DNA from: an uncultured Anaerolineaceae bacterium
Lineage (GTDB): Bacteria; Chloroflexota; Anaerolineae; Anaerolineales; E44-bin32
Assembly: GCA_964528155.1 (NCBI GenBank)
Contig: CAZGRL010000001.1
Location: forward strand, 1,523 to 65,522
Direction: 5' to 3'
DNA length: 64,000 nt
Shown: positions 27,386 to 36,037 of the stretch, in pieces
Layout of the letters: the number at the start of each line of letters is the position of its first letter
How positions within the stretch are numbered: the stretch's first letter is position 1
Notes under the pieces: generated by a model
Databases searched by the model: none
Told to the model about the DNA's origin: nothing
Seen by the model: only the letters and a program-made list of their open reading frames with translations
Position numbers and translations under genes: made by a program

Positions 27386-29204
27386 GCTGGCTCCGCCTCA
27401 GCGCCAGGGCCCTTGCCTTCAATGCCTCACGTCGGCGGCGATACTCTCTTTGATCGAGCTCGCCAGCCTCGTAGGCCTGGTCGAGATCGGCGATCTGCTG
27501 CAGGATCGAGGGGATCTGAGTCGGCCCAACCGACGCCGGACCTTCCTCTGACACACTCTGCGCTGCAGGTCGCTGCCAGGGCCGGTACCACCACAACCCG
27601 ACGGCAACCAGCGTCAGACCAAGCACACCCAGGCCGATCGCCACGTTCGAGGTCGACAGCCCGGAACCGGCTGACGAACCCCCCTGGCCGCTGAGGGAGA
27701 AGGTCAGTGTCTGTCCGGAGGCCAGGGCCCCAAGGGTCATATTCTGATAGGAATCCCCTCCGATATTCTGCACACCAAGATCTTGCCAACCCGAGCCGCT
27801 CAGTTTGGGCCCGCCGTCCGGTAGGAGCGCCACAACCGCGGAGACTGGGAATGCCATGCTCTGCGTGAAATCCAGACTCCGCTTGTAGGGCAGATCGAAG
27901 TTGAACACGATCTGACCCGTCCCGGATCCGGGCATGAGCGGCGCGAGCACGACCACGCCTTGATCCGTGAACTGGACATCCTGACTGAGCGTGTCGCCGG
28001 GGAGACCCAGGTTCGTCGCCCCCGGAGGCAATGGGATCTCGATCGCGCCCTGGTCGCCCTCACCGACGACGGTTGCGTCGCCATTGTTGGACAGCACCCA
28101 CAGCTCCAGAACTCGGACGATGTCACCCCCGGGGAAATCGAAGATCAAGTGCAACCGATCGACCGTCACCTGACTGACATCGGAAGAGGTTTCGTAAACA
28201 ACAAGCGGTAGCGTGACATCCGGCGATGCCTGGCTAAGATGCGCGGCATCGGAGAAGTACACCACGCCTCTGTATTGCAGCGTCACCCCGAAGATCCTGC
28301 CTTCGACGATATCCAGCCCGTCGAAGGCGAAGCTGCCATCCGGCCCAAGCGTCGTGCTGGTGTCGACCGCCTGCGCGTCGGCGTCGAAGCCGACGAGGTT
28401 TACCTCGAAGTCTCCCTCGAGAGGTTGTCCGGTCGTCCCATTCGTGGCCTGACCGTGGATGCTGCCGATGGATGCGGGTGCCACCGGCGCCGTCTCAGCG
28501 CTGCCTTCCGGGAGCGTGGCGCCGAAAGCCAGGGTACGTACATACGAGGCCGCAGCCCATCGCTGATCCTCTGACAGCTTGTCGGCAAAGCCCGGCATCT
28601 CTCCACCCATGCCATCGGTGGCTGCGGCGAAAACATCTTCCAGCGTGTGCTCGGCCATGAACGTCGATGTATTCAGAGCCGGTCCGCGTGCCGTGCCCTC
28701 ACCGGAGGGACCATGACAGCTCGCACACGTGTCGGAATACATCTGTTCACCTTCACTCAAGGACGTGTCACTCATGCTGAGGCTCAGCGCGTAGGCGACG
28801 ACGTCCCAACGTTGCGCGTCGGTCAGGCTGGTGAAGGGAGGCATGAAACGATCCATCCGGCCCTGGGTCACAACCGCGTACCAATCTGCCGGTTTGGCCG
28901 TTCGTGCGAATTCCTGGTCACCGAGAGGGGATGGGGGATTCGATAGACTGGCAGCCTGCTCGCCGTCGCCCATCCCCTGGGGGCCATGACAGGGAGCGCA
29001 ACGAGTCTGGTAGATTGGCTCGCCGGCATTCGGATCGGGCGCGGTTTCGGGAGGGGAGACTTGGGCCGGCTCCGTCGGAGCGACCATGACCGGCGCGGCA
29101 GCCTGCGCCGTGGCCAGGGCCGGCGGCGGTGTCACATCCCCGGCCAACGAGCACCCGGCGAGCAGAACGCCTGTCGCCAGGATGAATACGAGAGAGCGCC
29201 TCAC
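27378..29204 (-). CDS. Diheme c-type cytochrome lipoprotein with large beta-rich domain, C-terminal TM helix and cytoplasmic tail
   Basis: Lipobox LLAGCS and two class I heme sites (CAPCHGPQGMG, CASCHGPSGEG). A ~330 aa Ser/Gly/Val-rich region follows, then a TM helix (IGLGVLGLTLVAVGLWWY) and a tail LDQAYEAGELDQREYRRRREALKARA. GTG 29204 forms a GTGA overlap with the upstream stop, and the gene end overlaps ccmA by 8 nt. Confidence 0.8.
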   Translation of the reverse strand: MRRSLVFILATGVLLAGCSLAGDVTPPPALATAQAAAPVMVAPTEPAQVSPPETAPDPNAGEPIYQTRCAPCHGPQGMGDGEQAASLSNPPSPLGDQEFARTAKPADWYAVVTQGRMDRFMPPFTSLTDAQRWDVVAYALSLSMSDTSLSEGEQMYSDTCASCHGPSGEGTARGPALNTSTFMAEHTLEDVFAAATDGMGGEMPGFADKLSEDQRWAAASYVRTLAFGATLPEGSAETAPVAPASIGSIHGQATNGTTGQPLEGDFEVNLVGFDADAQAVDTSTTLGPDGSFAFDGLDIVEGRIFGVTLQYRGVVYFSDAAHLSQASPDVTLPLVVYETSSDVSQVTVDRLHLIFDFPGGDIVRVLELWVLSNNGDATVVGEGDQGAIEIPLPPGATNLGLPGDTLSQDVQFTDQGVVVLAPLMPGSGTGQIVFNFDLPYKRSLDFTQSMAFPVSAVVALLPDGGPKLSGSGWQDLGVQNIGGDSYQNMTLGALASGQTLTFSLSGQGGSSAGSGLSTSNVAIGLGVLGLTLVAVGLWWYRPWQRPAAQSVSEEGPASVGPTQIPSILQQIADLDQAYEAGELDQREYRRRREALKARALALRRSQHD

Positions 29205-29686
29205 GCCTCTACCTGCTCCGTGACGAGAGACGCACCGCAGTGCGTGCAGAACCGGTCTCCCCCTACGACGGGCTTGCCACATTGTCCGCAGAACTCGTCA
29301 CTGGCGGGTGCGGCCGCCCGCCGCAAGCGTTTGACCTCGGCCTCGAGGTCCCATTCATCCCCCGCCGTCTCGACCGGCACCTCTCCGATGTCCTGGCCAG
29401 CAGCCTCGCCCTCGAGCCCGGCCAGTTCCCTGAGAAGCTCCGCACCTCGACCCACCAATGACGCACGCTGCGCCTGAAATTCCACCAGCGAGAGCTTGCC
29501 CATCACCTGGTCCATCTCTGCCTCGAGAATGGAGTCCAGAACCTGATCGCGCTCGGCTTTGAGGGCCGAGATGCGCCGTTCGTCGGCGCTGATCTCCGAT
29601 CCGTGCCCCTCAATCAGGGGCCGAGCGATGAAGGCGGCGGCGACGGCAAAAACGGCCAGGATGACGAATAGGGATCCGAGATCCAT
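29201..29686 (-). CDS. Membrane-anchored coiled-coil protein with C-terminal zinc ribbon (CcmI-N-terminus-like)
   Basis: The protein starts MDLGSLFVILAVFAVAAAFIARPL (TM helix), continues with a coiled-coil region and ends FCGQCGKPVVGGDRFCTHCGASL. ATG 29686 lies 2 nt after the ccmG stop. Confidence 0.7.
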   Translation of the reverse strand: MDLGSLFVILAVFAVAAAFIARPLIEGHGSEISADERRISALKAERDQVLDSILEAEMDQVMGKLSLVEFQAQRASLVGRGAELLRELAGLEGEAAGQDIGEVPVETAGDEWDLEAEVKRLRRAAAPASDEFCGQCGKPVVGGDRFCTHCGASLVTEQVEA

Positions 29687-29688
29687 GA

Positions 29689-30270
29689 TTACTCTTCCAT
29701 CGATTGGTTCACGGCCGAGACGATTTCGTCGACCGATGTATAAGGCCCGATCTTCACATGCTTCAAGCGGCCATCGCGACCGACAATGTACGTTTCCGGG
29801 ACGCCCTGCATGCGGAAGGCCTGGGAGATGCGCGTCCCCAGGTCCGGCCCGTTGGCGTAAGTGATGCCAAAGCGATCGAGGTAAGCCAGAGCCTCCGGTT
29901 CGGTATCGACGTAGTCTACACCCAGGAAGACGACATCCTGATCCTTGAGTTGCTGGTGCGCCATCTCGAGCTCCACGGCCTCCTGTTCGCACGGGACGCA
30001 CCACGAGGCCCAGAAGTTAATCACGACGACCTTGCCGCGCAGATCGGCCGTTCTTACGGTGGAGCCATCGAATGTCGTCAGTGTGAACTCGGGAGCTCGC
30101 GCCCCAACGCCGATGTGCCCCTGTTGGGTGCGAATCAGACCCAGCCCGATCACGGCCAGTAAACCGAACACCAAAGCCCAGACAAGGATCGGGCCCCAGC
30201 GTCTGGACCTGGGGACCGTTACGTCTTCAAGCGCGCTCTCGTCCGTCATGATTCGTTCCCTGGCCGCCAT
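29689..30270 (-). CDS. ccmG: Thiol:disulfide oxidoreductase CcmG/ResA/TlpA family
   Basis: A TM anchor plus a thioredoxin fold with VVINFWASWCVPCEQE. The start is ATG 30270 or ATG 30249. Confidence 0.88.
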   Translation of the reverse strand: MAARERIMTDESALEDVTVPRSRRWGPILVWALVFGLLAVIGLGLIRTQQGHIGVGARAPEFTLTTFDGSTVRTADLRGKVVVINFWASWCVPCEQEAVELEMAHQQLKDQDVVFLGVDYVDTEPEALAYLDRFGITYANGPDLGTRISQAFRMQGVPETYIVGRDGRLKHVKIGPYTSVDEIVSAVNQSMEE

Positions 30271-30301
30271 GCACGATCTTTCTAGAATCGGCTGGCGGTC
30301 C

Positions 30302-30787
30302 TCAAGACCTTCGACGCAATTCTTCTTCCAGCCGGGCGACGTATGGATCGTCGCTCGACTCACTCCCGGCCGGATGCGGAACTTCGACCGGCTTGCCCCA
30401 ACTGCGAAAGGCGCGAAACAGGATGTACGCCCCGGCCAGGAATGCGGCCGGCGGCAGGACATACACCAGCCAGTTCAGCCCTCGCGCCGGAGGCGTGGCC
30501 AGCACGCGGGCGCCGTACTGTTCAACGAAGTAGTCCTTGATCTGACTCTCGGACCAGCCGGCTGCCAGCTTGTCGCGGATGGTAGCCCGCCACTGGGCGC
30601 AAGCTTCCGTCGGGCACACGTCCAGAGGGACGTTCTCGCACACCGGGCAGTAAAGCTGGTGGGCGATCGCGTTCACCTCGTCATCCGACGGCGGTGCCGG
30701 CGGCTGGGCCGGGGCCGAGGCCATCAACAGCAATCCGAGCACGGCCGCCCCGACGATCACCAACCACTTCGACGATCCGTGCATCAA
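30302..30787 (-). CDS. ccmH: Cytochrome c-type biogenesis protein CcmH/NrfF
   Basis: A signal peptide, the motif LYCPVCENVPLDVCPTEAC, WSESQIKDYFVEQYG and a C-terminal TM helix. Confidence 0.88.
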   Translation of the reverse strand: MMHGSSKWLVIVGAAVLGLLLMASAPAQPPAPPSDDEVNAIAHQLYCPVCENVPLDVCPTEACAQWRATIRDKLAAGWSESQIKDYFVEQYGARVLATPPARGLNWLVYVLPPAAFLAGAYILFRAFRSWGKPVEVPHPAGSESSDDPYVARLEEELRRRS

Positions 30788-30796
30788 CTGATGTCC

Positions 30797-32851
30797 TCAG
30801 ATCCTGGCTACGACCGCGCGTGAGGCGGCCGTCCGTCGGGTTCTTTCGTACTCACGCGTAGGCCAGGCGGCAAGCAACGTCGCCGCGATGAAGATCAGCC
30901 CGCCCATCCACACAAAGTTGACTTCGGGGTTGTGGTAGACCTTGAACGTGGCCCCTTGCTGAGCGATCGGCTCCCATCCTACCAACAAGACATAGAAATC
31001 ATCCTGAAGCGTCGAGCGGACGCCGGGGATGGTCATGGGTTGCTGGGAGGCGTAGTAGTAGTCACGCCGCGGATGCAAATCACCGACATACTTGCCATCG
31101 CGATAGACCTGGACCACTGCCCGGGCCACGTTGCGACCATCGTTCGTGTCGAACTGGGTCAGCGATTGGTAGGTCATCGTATAGCGCCCGAGAGTCAACG
31201 ACTCGCCGCGCGCCAGCGTTCCCTGCGTTTCCGTCTGGAACATCTCGATGCCGATGATGCCGATCGCCATCAATACAACCCCCAGGTGGATGATGTAGCC
31301 CCCGTAGCGGCGGCGGTTTCGAACCGCCATACGCCACAATGCGAGCGGGAAGCTCTCCGCGTGACGCCTGTGCCGGGCCAGTGCTCCGCGCCAGAACTCC
31401 ACCAGCGTCACGATGATCACAAAGCCGATCAGCCAGTAACCGATGAGCGCGCCGACGAAGGTGACACCGTTGAGGTACAGGACGACCGGTACAACCAGGG
31501 ACAGGACGACAAGCTTCCACAGGTTGCGGCCAAGGCTCCTGCCTGAGCTCGCGCCGTAGGCCGACAGGGGAGCCACGCCCATCAACAATAAAAGCCCGAT
31601 CCACAGGGGGCCGGTGGCTCGCTCATAGAAGGGCGGCCCCACGGTGACTTTCTGGCCGGTGAAGAGCTCCGAGATCAGCGGGAAGATCACCCCCCAGAAA
31701 CAAACGATCAAGATGCCCATGAAGAGCAGGTTGTTGAGCAGGAAGAGCGATTCGCGGGCGAAGACCGAGTCCAGATGATTGTCGCCTTTCAACTCCCCCC
31801 AGCGACTGAGCAACAAGGAAACCGACACCACAAACGTCAATCCGATGAAGCCGAAGAACATCGGGCCTATCGCCGACTGGGCGAAGGCATGAACCGAAGA
31901 CAACACGCCGGAACGGGTCAGGAAGGTCCCGAAGATCACCAGTGCGTAGGTGAGAATGATCAGGAGCATGTTCCAATGCTTCAGCATGCCCCGTTTCTCC
32001 TGGATCATGACCGAGTGCAAGAAAGCGGTCCCGGCCAGCCAGGGCATGAAGGCGGCAATCTCAACCGGGTCCCATCCCCAGTAGCCACCCCATCCCAGCA
32101 CGTCGTAGGCCCAGCGACCGCCAAGGATCAAGCCCAGTGAGAGAAACAGCCAGGCGACAAGCGTCCAGCGGCGGGTGATCCGGATCCAGCGATCATCCGT
32201 CCGATGGGTGACGAGTGCGGCGATGGCGAACGCGTACGGGATCACGAACGAAACGAAACCGAGGTAAAGCATCGGGGGATGGATGACCATGCCCGGATGG
32301 CGCAATAGCGGGTTGAGGCCCTGCCCGTCCATGGGGACGAGGGGGATTGTGCCTCTGGGTTGGAATAGCGCGGCAACTTGCTGGCCATCAAGCGTCTGCC
32401 ACAGTCGTTGGAAGGGGTTTTCAAAGAAGAGCACAAGACTGATAAAGAACGCCAGCGTGACCATTGTGACCACGATCACCCAGGGGAGGAACTCTCGGTC
32501 TCGGTCCCACCGACGCAGGCTGGCGGCAGTCGCAAAGGCCGACATGAGCCACGACCAGAACACGAGTGAGCCTGCCTGGCCGCCCCACAGCGCCGTGACC
32601 TTGAGGTAGGTCGGCATCGCGTCGCTCGTCACGGAGGCCACGTACTTGATCTCGTAGTGACCGCCGACCAGCAGAGCGATGATGGAGAGCGCAGCCAATG
32701 TCACCAATGGCCAGGTCAAGAGCATGGCGTGACGGGCACTCTCGACCAGGGCGGGCTTCCACTTGACGGCGCCGTATGCCGCAGCACCCGCGCCATAGAG
32801 CGCGGCAATGAACGTCAGTACCAGTGAGAAATACCCCAGGTTAGCGAGCAT
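30797..32851 (-). CDS. ccmF: Cytochrome c heme lyase CcmF
   Basis: 684 aa polytopic protein with the W-rich motif WGGYWGWDPVE and conserved His-containing loops. Confidence 0.93.
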   Translation of the reverse strand: MLANLGYFSLVLTFIAALYGAGAAAYGAVKWKPALVESARHAMLLTWPLVTLAALSIIALLVGGHYEIKYVASVTSDAMPTYLKVTALWGGQAGSLVFWSWLMSAFATAASLRRWDRDREFLPWVIVVTMVTLAFFISLVLFFENPFQRLWQTLDGQQVAALFQPRGTIPLVPMDGQGLNPLLRHPGMVIHPPMLYLGFVSFVIPYAFAIAALVTHRTDDRWIRITRRWTLVAWLFLSLGLILGGRWAYDVLGWGGYWGWDPVEIAAFMPWLAGTAFLHSVMIQEKRGMLKHWNMLLIILTYALVIFGTFLTRSGVLSSVHAFAQSAIGPMFFGFIGLTFVVSVSLLLSRWGELKGDNHLDSVFARESLFLLNNLLFMGILIVCFWGVIFPLISELFTGQKVTVGPPFYERATGPLWIGLLLLMGVAPLSAYGASSGRSLGRNLWKLVVLSLVVPVVLYLNGVTFVGALIGYWLIGFVIIVTLVEFWRGALARHRRHAESFPLALWRMAVRNRRRYGGYIIHLGVVLMAIGIIGIEMFQTETQGTLARGESLTLGRYTMTYQSLTQFDTNDGRNVARAVVQVYRDGKYVGDLHPRRDYYYASQQPMTIPGVRSTLQDDFYVLLVGWEPIAQQGATFKVYHNPEVNFVWMGGLIFIAATLLAAWPTREYERTRRTAASRAVVARI

Positions 32852-32888
32852 TCAAGCCGTCTCCTCGTAATGTAACTACCTCAAAGAC

Positions 32889-32934
32889 GACGGACGAGGG
32901 ACGATCGACTCCCGTCTGTCGTCCCTCGTCCGTC
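32889..32934. repeat. Perfect 16-bp-stem hairpin with GACGGACG core (GACGGACGAGGGACGA-N14-TCGTCCCTCGTCCGTC)
   Basis: Read directly. It lies in the ccmE-ccmF spacer and shares the GACGACGGACG core with the element at 25099-25182. Confidence 0.8.
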
Positions 32935-32959
32935 GCCGATCCATCTTTCCCCGGTTACC

Positions 32960-33481
32960 TTAGCCTTGTTGAACCTGAGCCGGGACTTCCTCCTCGTATC
33001 GCGTCGGACACTTGAGCAGGAGTTCGTCGGCTTGGAAGACACCATCCGATCCCATTTGTCCGGTGACGATGGCCTGGGCCTCGTCACGCAAGAGATCCGG
33101 TTTGGGGCCGACGTAGACGACCTGAAGCCGCGTGGCCGTCGGATCGTTCACCGCTTTGTGCAGCACTTCCGCCAGGCCGCCCTCCCGATCGATCTCATTC
33201 ATGTCAGCCGGTACGTTGGCGATGGTGAACCTGAGAGTGAGCGTCTGGGCGTCGTATTCGATCGTGCTCCCATCCACCGCGCCCGAAATCTTGACATCTC
33301 GCCCGGCGACTGCATCCCCCTTGGTCATCAACTCGTCGATGGTCAGATAGTACTGAGCAGCGGCCTGAGTGGATGACGCGATGAGATACACGATCGCGGC
33401 CACGATGAGCAGCGCACCGATGATGAACTTGGTACGACTGGCTGATTTCGGCTCGGCCCTCAAGACTGTTCTTTCCGCCAT
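32960..33481 (-). CDS. ccmE: Heme chaperone CcmE, Cys-variant (CxxxY instead of HxxxY)
   Basis: A TM anchor plus an OB-fold region (VKISGAV...LTLRFTI...VVYVGPKPDLLRDEAQAIVTG). The C-terminal motif is LLLKCPTRY where canonical CcmE has HxxxY. ATG 33481 has GGAGG 8 nt upstream. Confidence 0.88.
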   Translation of the reverse strand: MAERTVLRAEPKSASRTKFIIGALLIVAAIVYLIASSTQAAAQYYLTIDELMTKGDAVAGRDVKISGAVDGSTIEYDAQTLTLRFTIANVPADMNEIDREGGLAEVLHKAVNDPTATRLQVVYVGPKPDLLRDEAQAIVTGQMGSDGVFQADELLLKCPTRYEEEVPAQVQQG

Positions 33482-33751
33482 TGCTCTCCCTCCGGGCCTC
33501 GCCTCAAGACGCCCTGGACCCGACAAACTGAACCGATTCTATCATTATTCCGAAGTTCGCCCTGTCGGATGAAAGTCACTTTTGCGGCCGACAACTGACG
33601 GGCTCATCCTGTGACGTGGCACACTCCGACGCCCATTGACGGCAACACCCCTTTGGATCTTTCTCGGCCTGCATTAACACTCGATGAAACCCCGGCTATG
33701 ATATCCTGAGAAGAATGAAGTGCAGCTCGCCTTCTCGGGTCTTGCGCCGGC

Positions 33752-34465
33752 GTGATCCCCAAACGAATTGATCGATATCAGATCATCGATGAGATTGCCC
33801 GAGGCGGGATGGCCACCGTCCTGCACGCCCGCGACCCGCGCTTCAAGCGCCATGTCGCCTTGAAGCTCTTGCCCCGGCCGTTCGTCGGCGATGCACAGTT
33901 CAGAGCTCGTTTCCAACGAGAGGCCCGGATGATCGCCTCCCTCGAACATGAAGCCATCGCGCCGGTTTACGACTCGGGCGAGCAAGATGGCCAACCCTAT
34001 CTGGTGATGCGGTTCATGGCTGGCGGCTCGCTTGCCGAGCGGATAGCCCGTGGGCCTATGGAAGGAAGTAGGCGGAGTCTTTGCTGAACCTGCAGGCTGG
34101 GGCCCGGGGTCAACTGCGACGTGGCCGGATACCTGACTGCCGGTCAGGCCATCCTGGCCCGCGGACGCAACGCCAGCGGCACGTGGTGGTGGATCGGATT
34201 TCCCACCGGCGACCGATCCTGCTGGGTCTCCGGCCTCTTGGTCGGCTTCAGCGGGGGCGGCGGGGGGCTCCCGGTGCTCACTCCGGGCCCAAGTTCCACC
34301 CCGGGGCCTACGGCAACCCCGGTACCACCACCTGGCGAACCCCGGCCGCCGGCCAAAACGCCCACCACCTGGGGTGACAAAGATCATCAAGACCTTCCCG
34401 CCCGAACCGGACAGCACCCCTCGCTGACCCTTACCCTGGCTCTGTGCGGGCATGGTCTGTTATGA
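33752..34465 (+). pseudogene. Ser/Thr protein kinase remnant: N-lobe, in-frame TGA, then SH3b-like C-terminal piece
   Basis: The sequence YQIIDEIARGGMATVLHARD...VALKLL...FQREARMIASLEHEAIAPVYD...YLVMRFMAGGSL is a Hanks kinase N-lobe. No HRD, DFG or APE motif follows. A stop lies at 34085-34087. The same frame then reads VNCDVAGYLTAGQAILARGRNASGTWWWIGF..GDRSCWVSGLLV (SH3b-like) and a Pro/Thr-rich tail. Confidence 0.7.
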
Positions 34466-34867
34466 TCCTATATGTGCCGTTGAGAACAAAGTGGCATAAT
34501 GACTACCTGGGTAGGGTGATTTCAGTCGACGGTCCTTGGTGACAAGCATCACTTGGCAGTATGGGTTGATCACCCTACACTTCGCCTGTAATCATGGGGA
34601 GTCTACCCCACCCAACCGGGTAGCGGTGCGGGGGCTTGCCCCCTTCGGCGTTTGCCGGACAAATTGCATAGATGTCCCCGCTCGGAGGATGATTGCCTGC
34701 GGCTGTCGGGCAATTGCCATTCCGGCCGGCTTCTGGCAGGCCTCACGACCGGCGATTCGCAGGTCTCCCGTGCCCTCCGACAAGGGGACCGATGGGGTGA
34801 TCGATCAATGGAATGGATGGTGGCCGATGCACGTATCGACAAGCGGTTCGATCGCTGAGGTGGTGCG

Positions 34868-36037
34868 ATGACGGCGCGAACCCGCCTCGGTCGGATTTCC
34901 CTGGGCATTGGCGCGGCGCTCACGCTCGCCGCCGTCGTGATAGGGCTTCGCGCCGGGGGGGCTTTGGCGGCTGGTGGGCGTGGGGCCAGGCCATCCGGGG
35001 CCCAGCCGATCCCTCCAGCCTCGGGCTCGGCTCAGGGCATCAGCAACGAATCCTGCTTCGCCTGCCACAGCACCCCTGGGCTCACCATGGATCTGCCTTC
35101 CGGGGAGCAGTTGTATCTGACTGTCGACCGCGATACGTACAACAACTCCGTCCATGGCCAGCTCGGCTACGCCTGCGTCCAGTGCCACACCGACATCACC
35201 GGATATCCCCATCCAAAGGTGGCGGCACAGACCCTACGCGAGTTCACCCTGGAGAAATACACCGCCTGCGCCGTATGCCATCAGGACAAATATCAGCAGA
35301 CGCTGGATAGCGTTCATCAGAAGGCATTGGCGGCCGGGAACATCAACGCCGCAGTGTGCACCGACTGCCATGGAGCTCACGACGTCCAGCCACCCGACCA
35401 ACCCCGCACCCGCATCCCCCAGACCTGTCAGAAATGTCACTCCCAGATCTATGACCTTTACAAGGACAGCGTTCACGGTGCGGCGCTTATCGGCGAAGGA
35501 AATCCGGACGTCCCGACTTGCATCGATTGCCATGGAGTTCACAACATCGAAGGTCCGTCGAACAGCCCCTTCCGGCTGTTCTCCCCCCAGATCTGCGCCC
35601 GCTGCCACGCCAACAAACAGTTGATGGACAAGTACGGTATAAGCACAGACGTCTTCAACACGTATGTCTCTGACTTCCACGGTACGACTGTCGTGATCTT
35701 CGAAGCCATCACTCCCGATCAACAGACCAACAAGCCCGTGTGCATCGACTGTCATGGCGTGCACGATATCCTCGCACCGAATAACCCCAACAGCACGGTG
35801 ATGAAGGCCAACCTTCTCAAAACGTGCCAGAAGTGTCATCCGGACGCGACCACGAATTTCCCCACAGCCTGGCTGAGCCACTATCGGCCCAGCCCGCAGC
35901 ATTATGCCCTGGTCTACTACGTCCAATTGTTCTATCGGATTCTGATCCCGACCGTCATTGGAGGCATGCTGGTCTTCGTCGTCGCTGATGGGGTCCGTCG
36001 GATAATGATCAAGCGGAAGGGGCGCAGCGATGAGTGA
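34868..36037 (+). CDS. Nine-heme c-type cytochrome with C-terminal membrane anchor (CbcL periplasmic-domain-like)
   Basis: Signal/TM at the N-terminus and nine CxxCH motifs counted (CFACH, CVQCH, CAVCH, CTDCH, CQKCH, CIDCH, CARCH, CIDCH, CQKCH). C-terminal TM helix ILIPTVIGGMLVFVVADGV. The GAGGTGG Shine-Dalgarno lies upstream. Confidence 0.88.
   Translation: MTARTRLGRISLGIGAALTLAAVVIGLRAGGALAAGGRGARPSGAQPIPPASGSAQGISNESCFACHSTPGLTMDLPSGEQLYLTVDRDTYNNSVHGQLGYACVQCHTDITGYPHPKVAAQTLREFTLEKYTACAVCHQDKYQQTLDSVHQKALAAGNINAAVCTDCHGAHDVQPPDQPRTRIPQTCQKCHSQIYDLYKDSVHGAALIGEGNPDVPTCIDCHGVHNIEGPSNSPFRLFSPQICARCHANKQLMDKYGISTDVFNTYVSDFHGTTVVIFEAITPDQQTNKPVCIDCHGVHDILAPNNPNSTVMKANLLKTCQKCHPDATTNFPTAWLSHYRPSPQHYALVYYVQLFYRILIPTVIGGMLVFVVADGVRRIMIKRKGRSDE

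Noticed and set aside
34085-34087. TGA in the kinase remnant as selenocysteine or read-through
   Set aside because: Even with read-through the protein lacks all catalytic-loop motifs, and no SECIS-like hairpin follows the TGA.
34470-34867. The 400-nt leader upstream of the nine-heme gene as a riboswitch, or ORF 34536-34871 as a gene
   Set aside because: The ORF has no Shine-Dalgarno sequence, a GTG-type start and odd composition. I saw hairpins (GTAGGGTGAT...ATCACCCTAC) but no recognisable riboswitch core, so the evidence is not enough to report as a feature.
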